From the NCBI GenBank assembly GCA_945876385.1, contig CAMCNU010000009.1:17898-41897 (forward strand): DNA of 24,000 bases, read 5' to 3'. Positions 17,549-24,000 of this stretch are shown piece by piece. The position numbers and the translations under genes are program-made. Positions within the stretch are counted from its first letter, which is position 1. The number at the start of each line of letters is the position of its first letter. Under the pieces are notes generated by a model. It saw nothing but the letters and a program-made list of their open reading frames with translations, did not search any database and was not told the DNA's origin. This DNA is from an uncultured Veillonellaceae bacterium. GTDB lineage: Bacteria > Bacillota > Negativicutes > Veillonellales > Negativicoccaceae.

Positions 17549-19050
17549 TCGCCCGCCTTTTGTCCTTTCGCCGCCAGTGCCTGCAGCACCTCGGTCACGG
17601 CTTTCTCCATATCCGTATTGCCGATGACCGCAGAGAAACGGACCGGCTGTGCCTTCAATTGCGCCAACGCTGTCGGCACGGGAATCTGCGTGCAGGCGGC
17701 GAGCCTGTCCAAGGTGCGATACGGGGTGTCCCCCGCCGCCACACCGAGTGCGGCCGCCACCGTTTCCGGGAATTTGTACGGATGCGCGGTCGCCATCACC
17801 GCCACCGGCCGGTCACCGACCAAACCGCGAGCACGCAGGCGTTCGACGACGCCGTACGCCACCGCGGTATGCGGATCGAGCAGGTACCGTGTGCGGTCAT
17901 ACACGCTCCGAATGACCGCCAGTGTTTCCTCGTCCGTCAGCCAGCCGCCGATGAAGTCCTCCGTCGCCTGCCGCTCCGCCGGCGTCAACGCCATGTGCCC
18001 GCTTGTCAGCAGGTCCCGCATCAATTGCGCGACCCGCTCGGTATCGCCCGCTGTCGCATAGTACAAAAACCGCTCCAGATTGGACGAGAGCAGGATATCC
18101 ATCGACGGGGAACTCGTCACATGAAATGCCCGACGCCGGTCATAGACACCGGTCGCAAAGAAGTCCGCCAAGACGTGATTTTCATTCGAAGCGCAAATCA
18201 GGTGGCGAATCGGGACACCGATACGTTTGGCCAGGTACCCCGCCAGGATATTGCCGAAGTTGCCCGTCGGCACGGCGACATCAAAGGTCTCACCCGCCGC
18301 CAACTCGCCGCGTCCGACCAGCTCGGTATACGTGCGAATATAGTAGACAATCTGCGGAATCAGGCGGCCGATATTAATTGAGTTGGCACTGGAAAATGCC
18401 ACCCCCGCCGCCGCCGCTCGGGCACGCATATCGGGCGAGGAAAACACGCGCTTGACAAATTGCTGTGCGTCGTCAAAGTTGCTGTCAATTCCGACGACAT
18501 GCACATTGGCTCCGGTCTGCGTCTGCATTTGTGCCCGTTGCATCGGACTGACGCCGTGCGCCGGATAAAAGACCATGATGTCCGTACCGGCGACATCGGC
18601 AAATCCCGCCATGGCCGCTTTGCCCGTATCGCCGCTCGTCGCCGTCAAAATGAGCGTGTGCTCCGTATCTCCCAAATCCTGTTTGGCTTGCACCAACAAG
18701 TGCGGAAAGAGCGAGAGCGCCAAATCTTTGAACGCCAGTGTCCGTCCGTGAAACAGCTCCACCGCATGCATACTGTCACCGAGCGGCGCCGGCGAGATGA
18801 CATCTTCAGTGGCAAACGTACCGCAGTAGGCGGCCCGGCACAAGCGAGCGGCCGTGTCGTCGTCACAGCCGAAAAACAGGCGGACGATTTGCGCCGCCAA
18901 GTCAGCATAGCCGCACGCCCCGGTCGCAAGCCAATCATGTGCCGCGGGCAATTCGCACGGCACATACAGGCCGCCGTCGCTCGCCAATCCCTGTACCAAC
19001 GCCGCCGCGGCATCGGCTGTCGCGCCGCCGCGCGTACTGATATAGTGCAT
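17545..19050 (-). CDS. thrC: threonine synthase (long form)
   Basis: MHYISTRGG N-terminus and a LAFKDLAL PLP-lysine motif. I place the start at ATG 19050, which has a GAGGA ribosome-binding site. The track ORF starts at 19095. Confidence 0.93.
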   Translation of the reverse strand: MHYISTRGGATADAAAALVQGLASDGGLYVPCELPAAHDWLATGACGYADLAAQIVRLFFGCDDDTAARLCRAAYCGTFATEDVISPAPLGDSMHAVELFHGRTLAFKDLALSLFPHLLVQAKQDLGDTEHTLILTATSGDTGKAAMAGFADVAGTDIMVFYPAHGVSPMQRAQMQTQTGANVHVVGIDSNFDDAQQFVKRVFSSPDMRARAAAAGVAFSSANSINIGRLIPQIVYYIRTYTELVGRGELAAGETFDVAVPTGNFGNILAGYLAKRIGVPIRHLICASNENHVLADFFATGVYDRRRAFHVTSSPSMDILLSSNLERFLYYATAGDTERVAQLMRDLLTSGHMALTPAERQATEDFIGGWLTDEETLAVIRSVYDRTRYLLDPHTAVAYGVVERLRARGLVGDRPVAVMATAHPYKFPETVAAALGVAAGDTPYRTLDRLAACTQIPVPTALAQLKAQPVRFSAVIGNTDMEKAVTEVLQALAAKGQKAGD

Positions 19051-19064
19051 AGAGTCCTCGCTTT

Positions 19065-19541
19065 CTATTCCTTCATGACGACATCGCTGACCCATGTCGC
19101 AATTTCCTGCTTGTCCGGTGCGGGATGTTGCCGTTGGCGCACGACCAGTATATCTACCAGCGCACCGCCGCTGTCACGTGCCAACTCCTCGCCGCTGTGC
19201 CCCGGTCGACTGCCGCATGTCACCAGCCCATAGAGCCGACGCCCTGCCCACGACGCTTCCCGCACCCAGCTGTGCAACGGCCACGCATAGGTAAACCACC
19301 ACGTCGGCACCGCCAAAATGACGCGCTCCGCCGTCGCCACGACATCCGCCGCCGGACATACCGCGCGGTGGCTGCCACACACCATCTCACCGCCGATACG
19401 TGCCACCATCTGCCAGTAGCCGCCCGTGTACGGCGGTGAGACCGTCAGCTCCGCAAGCGGCCAGCCGCTCGCCTCCGCCGCCGCCTCCGCCGCCCGCCGC
19501 GTATATCCCGTATACGAGTACACCACGATGATTCCGCGCAT
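19065..19541 (-). CDS. flavodoxin-like fold protein
   Basis: MRGIIVVYSYTGYTRRAAEA resembles the N-terminal FMN loop of flavodoxin-family proteins, and there is a VPTWWFTYAWP segment. The gene ends 14 nt upstream of thrC. Confidence 0.65.
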   Translation of the reverse strand: MRGIIVVYSYTGYTRRAAEAAAEASGWPLAELTVSPPYTGGYWQMVARIGGEMVCGSHRAVCPAADVVATAERVILAVPTWWFTYAWPLHSWVREASWAGRRLYGLVTCGSRPGHSGEELARDSGGALVDILVVRQRQHPAPDKQEIATWVSDVVMKE

Positions 19542-19565
19542 TTCACACCTCCGTTACGTGTTCTC

Positions 19566-19574
19566 ACTATACCA
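19566..19574 (-). promoter_or_regulatory. extended -10 element (TGGTATAGT) for the flavodoxin-like/thrC operon
   Basis: The reverse complement of actatacca is TGGTATAGT, about 25 nt upstream of the ATG at 19541. Confidence 0.45.
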
Positions 19575-19616
19575 TATTCGTCCGCCCGCACCAAACCGCC
19601 GCCATCCTTCACGGAC

Positions 19617-19645
19617 GTGACTTTTTCTCGCGCCGCAGGTACAAT
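19617..19645 (+). promoter_or_regulatory. putative promoter for thioesterase gene
   Basis: GTGACT, a 17-nt spacer, then TACAAT (19640-19645), 32 nt upstream of the ATG at 19678. Confidence 0.4.
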
Positions 19646-19677
19646 AATAAACATCCTGTTACAGAAAGGAGTATCCT

Positions 19678-20064
19678 ATGCATACTATCGGACTTACCGG
19701 CACCTGCCGTCTCGAGGTCACCCCGGCACGCACGGCGGCGGCCGTCGGCAGCGGTACGCTTGCGGTCTGTGCCACTCCCGTCGTTGCCGCGGCGGCCGAA
19801 GGCGCGGCCGTCGCCGCCTTGGTGGCGCACCTTGCCCAAGGCGCGACCACCGTCGGCACACGGATTACCCTCGACCATATCGCCGCCACTCCGGTCGGCA
19901 TGACGGTCACGGCTACTGCCGAGGTAATTCGCCACGAGGGACGCACTTACGAATTTCGCTTTTCCTGTTGTGATGAATCCGGAGAAATCGCCCGCGGGAC
20001 GCATACCCGCGTCGAGGTCGACAGTGAACGATTTATGGCTAAAGCCGCCCGACGTTTACCCTGA
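19678..20064 (+). CDS. hotdog-fold thioesterase family protein (FlK-like)
   Basis: AAAVGSGTLAVCATPVVAAAAE...TVGTRITLDHIAATPVGMTV...GTHTRVEV follows the pattern of the small thioesterase family. AAAGGAG ribosome-binding site. Confidence 0.8.
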   Translation: MHTIGLTGTCRLEVTPARTAAAVGSGTLAVCATPVVAAAAEGAAVAALVAHLAQGATTVGTRITLDHIAATPVGMTVTATAEVIRHEGRTYEFRFSCCDESGEIARGTHTRVEVDSERFMAKAARRLP

Positions 20065-20074
20065 CCGCTCCCTG

Positions 20075-20103
20075 CGAGGCCGCCTGCGGCCTCGTTTTTT
20101 ATT
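20075..20103 (+). terminator. intrinsic terminator after thioesterase gene
   Basis: CGAGGCCG-CCTG-CGGCCTCG followed by TTTTTTATTT. The U-tract overlaps the stop codon of the convergent metallophosphoesterase gene. Confidence 0.8.
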
Positions 20104-21247
20104 TGCCCGCATGCAACGTAATATACGTCAACTCCCGCGGACAGCCCAGACGAAACGGGAACCAATGCCCCGTCCCCCGTGTCACATAGCCGACCGAATG
20201 TCCTTCATAAAATACGCCGCGATTATATGTATAGAGCGGCAAAAACGGCCGCCCCATGATATTGATTTGCATCCCGTGCGTATGCCCCGCCACAATCAAA
20301 TCCACCCCGCGGTCAAATCCGGCTTTGAGAAAGTCCGGATGATGCGCAATCAACAGACGAAATTGCGAAGCGGGTGCGCCTTGCAGCGCCGCGTCCGTAA
20401 AGTCGGCAATTTCTTTCTCCCGTGTCGCGGCCGTGCCGAACGGATAGTCCACGCCCGCCACGATGATGCCCGCATCGCCGCGGCGCAATTCGTAATGTTC
20501 GTTTTCCAAAATCCGCAACCGCGACGCATGAAGCGCTTCCGCGACGCGCGGCCGATTGTAGTAATATTCGTGATTGCCCCAGACGAAGTCGATTCCGTAG
20601 GTAAAATGCGCCGCCTCGGTATTGATGATGTCCGTAAGCTCCGCCAGCACCGCGGGATCCGTTTCGTCAATCAGATCGCCCGCAATGATGACATAATCCG
20701 CCCGCTCGCGCTTGGCGTCCGCCAATTGCGTCCGCAAATCGTCGAGACGATAGTAGGGACCGATGTGCGTATCGGCAATCAGGGCGATTTTCAATCCCTC
20801 AAAACTCGGCGGCAATTTCGCCGACATGACTTCCAAGCGTTCCCGCTCCCAGTGCAGATGTCCGTCCACCGCGCCGTATGCGGATACGGCAAATACCGCC
20901 GCCAGCAGACAAGTCGCCGTGATGTTCCAGACCCGCTTACCGCCGACAAGTGCCGCCAGACGCATGAGCACCAGCGGTATCCACAAGACCGACTGCGCCA
21001 CGACCCAAATCGTCGCCGCATACGCCGCCACGACTGCCGCCGTCCCTGTCAGCGAGAGATACGCCTCCCGATAATAAATAAAGTAGCCGCCCCCCGCGAC
21101 CGCCGCCGCCAGCCATACCGCCATGACAGTATACTTGCGCCGCCGCCGGCGCCTATCCCCTTCCGTAACGAGCGACGCATAATTCCACGCATTGAGCAGC
21201 GGAATCAGACCGATGACAAGTATATGAAACAACACCCAATAGTTCAT
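20099..21247 (-). CDS. membrane-anchored metallophosphoesterase
   Basis: N-terminal TM helices, then IALIADTHIG, IIAGDLID, WGNHEYY and VAGHTHG calcineurin-like motifs. AGGAG ribosome-binding site. The gene is 9 nt downstream of mutY. Confidence 0.88.
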   Translation of the reverse strand: MNYWVLFHILVIGLIPLLNAWNYASLVTEGDRRRRRRKYTVMAVWLAAAVAGGGYFIYYREAYLSLTGTAAVVAAYAATIWVVAQSVLWIPLVLMRLAALVGGKRVWNITATCLLAAVFAVSAYGAVDGHLHWERERLEVMSAKLPPSFEGLKIALIADTHIGPYYRLDDLRTQLADAKRERADYVIIAGDLIDETDPAVLAELTDIINTEAAHFTYGIDFVWGNHEYYYNRPRVAEALHASRLRILENEHYELRRGDAGIIVAGVDYPFGTAATREKEIADFTDAALQGAPASQFRLLIAHHPDFLKAGFDRGVDLIVAGHTHGMQINIMGRPFLPLYTYNRGVFYEGHSVGYVTRGTGHWFPFRLGCPRELTYITLHAGK

Positions 21248-21256
21248 GGTTCTCCT

Positions 21257-22288
21257 TTAGGCCAATGTGGCCGCCAACTTAGCGTGCGGCCCGGCCAGCG
21301 GTATGGTCAAAAGCTCGTCGCGCGTGTACCAGCATTCATCCTCCTGCAACGCTGCCTCCATCTCCCAACGGTACGCCCGCATCTCCCAAATCCGATGGGT
21401 AAATACATGACGATGCCGCCAATATACGCCGTGCGGTGTTGTCAGCCCGCGGGCAGCGCACAGGCCCGCCAGCGCCGCGGCATGCGTCCGTCCCGTCACG
21501 GCGGGAAATTCCCACATCTTGGCGAGCATCCCCGTCTCGCTGCGGCGGTGGAGCAGGTAACGTCCCGCATGGGCAATCACCGCCACGGCAACCCGCTCCG
21601 TGACTTGTTTCGTTTTCTTCTTGCGCACCGGCAGCACCGTTTCCCGACCCGAGCGGCGCGCACCACAATCGACCTGCAACGGACAGTCGGCACAGTGCGG
21701 TGTCCGCGGCGTACAAATCAGCGCGCCCAAGTCCATCAACGCCTCGTTGAATGCCCCCGGCGCGTCGTGCGGGATGACCTCTTGCGCCAGTGCGGTCACC
21801 CGGCGGCGTGTCGCCGGCTGCAAGACATCGTCTTCAATCCCGTACAGGCGGGCGAAAACACGCAGCACATTGCCGTCCACCGCCGGCTCGGGGGCACCGA
21901 ACGCCAGTGAACGGATTGCGCCGAGCATGTACGGGCCGACGCCCGGCAAGGCCGCAAGCGCCTCGCGCGACGAAGGGATACATCCGTCGTAGCGGGCGAC
22001 TACTTCCTGCATCGCACGCTGTAAATGCTGCGCGCGTCGGTAGTAGCCGAGTCCCTGCCACGCATGCAGGATATCACTCTCGTCAGCCGCCGCCACCGCC
22101 GCCGGTGTCGGAAACCGATGCAACCACGCCGCATAATACGGCCGCACCGCCTCCACCCGCGTCTGTTGCAGCATCACTTCCGAGACCCACGTCGTATACG
22201 CACTCCGGTTCTCCCGCCACGGCAGTTCGCGCCCTTCCCGCGCAAACCACGCCAAGAGCCGCGTCGGCCAATCAGGGCGCGGCCACAT
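21257..22288 (-). CDS. mutY: A/G-specific adenine DNA glycosylase
   Basis: WVSEVMLQQTRV, HhH LPGVGPYMLGAI, and a 4Fe-4S loop CTPRTPHCADCPLQVDC, plus a C-terminal NUDIX-like domain. I place the start at ATG 22288, which has a GAGGA ribosome-binding site and overlaps the NUDIX gene by 17 nt. The track ORF extends to 22441. Confidence 0.9.
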   Translation of the reverse strand: MWPRPDWPTRLLAWFAREGRELPWRENRSAYTTWVSEVMLQQTRVEAVRPYYAAWLHRFPTPAAVAAADESDILHAWQGLGYYRRAQHLQRAMQEVVARYDGCIPSSREALAALPGVGPYMLGAIRSLAFGAPEPAVDGNVLRVFARLYGIEDDVLQPATRRRVTALAQEVIPHDAPGAFNEALMDLGALICTPRTPHCADCPLQVDCGARRSGRETVLPVRKKKTKQVTERVAVAVIAHAGRYLLHRRSETGMLAKMWEFPAVTGRTHAAALAGLCAARGLTTPHGVYWRHRHVFTHRIWEMRAYRWEMEAALQEDECWYTRDELLTIPLAGPHAKLAATLA

Positions 22289-22760
22289 CGAGTTCCTCAA
22301 TCCGCCGCAACCGGCACTCCTGCACGGTATCATCCGCCCCGAACACAATCTCGCCGGCAATCCGTTCGCCCGCCAATATCCGCGGCAGCCAGTACCGATC
22401 CGCCGCCCACATCTGCGCATAAGGCACCTCGTCCGGTGCAAACCAGCGCGGCTCCATCTCGTCGGTCAGTTGCGGCTCGCCCGTAAACCGGCGCAACAAG
22501 TAAATCCGTGCCGGATGGTCCTGCTCCGGGCTCTCGACAAAGGAAAATTGCAACTCCCCGCACCACGTCAAGTCCGCCGCCTCTGCAGTCAGACCCGTCT
22601 CTTCCATAAGCTCCCGTACCGCACAGGCACGAAGCGTTTCCTCCGCCTGCACCTTGCCGCCGAAACCGTTCCATTTGTCCGCACCGAAACCGCGCCGCTT
22701 GCGTCCGAGGAGCACCGCCCCGTCCGCCCGTAACGGAAACACTAACGTCGTCGGCTTCAT
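22272..22760 (-). CDS. NUDIX hydrolase, MutT/8-oxo-dGTPase-like
   Basis: NUDIX box GFGGKVQAEETLRACAVRELMEETGL. ATGA overlap with the upstream GntR gene. Confidence 0.85.
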   Translation of the reverse strand: MKPTTLVFPLRADGAVLLGRKRRGFGADKWNGFGGKVQAEETLRACAVRELMEETGLTAEAADLTWCGELQFSFVESPEQDHPARIYLLRRFTGEPQLTDEMEPRWFAPDEVPYAQMWAADRYWLPRILAGERIAGEIVFGADDTVQECRLRRIEELDVAAP

Positions 22761-23503
22761 TCGCGCTCCCGCCGGTGCAGTTCGTGAATAAAGTCCGCCG
22801 CCTCTTTATCTTCCGCAATCCCTTTGAGCAACGTCTTTTCAGAATTTTCCATATGAATCGCCGCGATTTTCATCGCACGGGACGCATTGTGCGCCGCAAT
22901 CGCCTCAACCAGCTTGCAATGCTCTTCCCACGTTTCTTCCAAGCGTCCGGGATAGTGCAACGACACCGATCGGAACCGCAAAATCTGATCGCGCAAATTA
23001 TGAATAATCTCAATCAGGCGGGTATTGCGACTGGCCTCGTACAGCACTTGATGAAATTGGACATCGGCCGCGATAATCGCCTCGAAATCCTGTTCATCCA
23101 TATGGACGCGGATATCCCGAAGCAAGCGTTCCAATTCCTCGAGTTCCGTATCCGTGATTCGTTCCGCCGCCAGGCTCGCCGCGAGTTCTTCCAACGCCGA
23201 GCGGATTTCAAAGACCTGCGAAATATCTTTCAGCGAAATATCCGCCACATATGTCCCCCGCCGCGGAATCATGACGACAAATCCGTCCGCCTCCAGTTCC
23301 CGAATCGCTTCGCGAATCGGTGTGCGCGATACCCCCAGCTCATCCGCCAAATGGATTTCCATCAGGCGTTCCCCCGGGGCGAGCACGCCTTCCTGTATCG
23401 CTTGCCGCAGTGTTTCCGCGACCACTTCCCGCAGCGGCCGATACTCGTCCAGTGAAATCGGCTGCAGCCGTCGTGTGTCATTATGTTTCATCCTGTATAC
23501 CAC
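22757..23503 (-). CDS. GntR-family transcriptional regulator with FadR-type (FCD) C-terminal domain
   Basis: LMEIHLADELGVSRTPIREAIRELEADGFV is a winged HTH, and the C-terminal half is helical and FCD-like. The start is ambiguous: GTG at 23503 or ATG at 23491. Either overlaps the ispE 3' end. Confidence 0.88.
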   Translation of the reverse strand: MVYRMKHNDTRRLQPISLDEYRPLREVVAETLRQAIQEGVLAPGERLMEIHLADELGVSRTPIREAIRELEADGFVVMIPRRGTYVADISLKDISQVFEIRSALEELAASLAAERITDTELEELERLLRDIRVHMDEQDFEAIIAADVQFHQVLYEASRNTRLIEIIHNLRDQILRFRSVSLHYPGRLEETWEEHCKLVEAIAAHNASRAMKIAAIHMENSEKTLLKGIAEDKEAADFIHELHRRERE

Positions 23504-24000
23504 CCCTCGTCCGTGTACACCACAATTGCCAATCCGGATGCCGCTCCCGTACCCGCTGTGCCAGCAAGCGCGCTTCGCGGCGACTCTCCGCGATGACGAA
23601 AAATGCCGCCCCCGTCCCGCTCATCAGGACCGGACAGCCCGCCTTGACGAACGCCCGTTTGACTTCATCGAGCAACGGTTCTTGCGGCAGCAGCACCGAC
23701 TCAAATACATTTCCCAAGCGGCGCCGCACCATGCCCGTCGTGCCGCCGTGCAGGGCATTGACCATGCCCGTGACATCGACCGTCCCCGTACGTGACGCAC
23801 GGTCATAGGCCTGATACGCCGCGGCCGTCGAAACGGTCAGCGGCGGCTTGACGATAATCAATTCCGTCGGCGCCAGCACCGGCAATGCCGTCAATACGTC
23901 GCCGCGCCCCGTGGCGCGCGCTGCGCCGCCCTCCAAACAAAAAACCGTATCCGTTCCCAGTTCCCGCGCCAAAAACCGAAGCTCCGACGGCAACAACTGT
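23481..24000 (-). CDS. ispE: 4-diphosphocytidyl-2-C-methyl-D-erythritol kinase, C-terminal part (continues beyond window end)
   Basis: VLMSGTGAAFFVIAES is GHMP-kinase motif 3, in a C-terminal context typical of IspE. The frame stays open to the window edge. Confidence 0.75.
   Translation of the reverse strand, partial: QLLPSELRFLARELGTDTVFCLEGGAARATGRGDVLTALPVLAPTELIIVKPPLTVSTAAAYQAYDRASRTGTVDVTGMVNALHGGTTGMVRRRLGNVFESVLLPQEPLLDEVKRAFVKAGCPVLMSGTGAAFFVIAESRREARLLAQRVRERHPDWQLWCTRTRGGIQDET

Noticed and set aside
19970-21910. Very long plus-strand ORF (646 aa) spanning the metallophosphoesterase and mutY regions. Similar long antisense ORFs lie at 5888..7138, 10414..11727, 12387..13487 and 14038..15231.
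   Set aside because: All lie antisense to genes with clear family motifs. They translate to Arg-, Pro- and His-rich low-complexity sequence, lack ribosome-binding sites, and cross intergenic gaps. These are the shadow ORFs expected in high-GC DNA.

Overview
High-GC chromosomal segment whose plus strand is visibly C-rich throughout. I call 26 CDS (23 on the minus strand) and 2 tRNAs. Most of it is ordinary housekeeping. In order: sbcC/sbcD; a convergent tRNA-Ala(GGC)/tRNA-Leu(CAA) pair; a tightly coupled guaB-tagA-psd-pssA-GT2-surE string; two tandem flavodoxins; glnS; an FAH-family hydrolase; meso-DAP dehydrogenase; a flavodoxin-like/thrC/TVP38 operon; a hotdog thioesterase; and an ispE-GntR-NUDIX-mutY-metallophosphoesterase string. 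The gene content and Gram-positive-style extended -10 promoters fit an anaerobic high-GC Firmicute, possibly Negativicutes-like. That taxonomic guess is inference only. I saw no transposase, integrase, CRISPR array or long repeat. The standout is a self-contained two-gene cassette at about 13.36-15.70 kb. It has its own promoter and a bidirectional terminator, and it sits between unrelated housekeeping genes. The first gene is an OLD-family ABC-ATPase + Toprim nuclease of 555 aa. It is translationally coupled to a 204-aa lysine-free, alanine-rich protein with no domain I can recognise. OLD nucleases are established anti-phage effectors, but the partner here cannot be the helicase, HNH or RT partner of the described OLD-type systems. 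This is my best candidate for an undescribed defence-type module. All calls rest on reading motifs in the supplied translations and sequence; no database search was possible.
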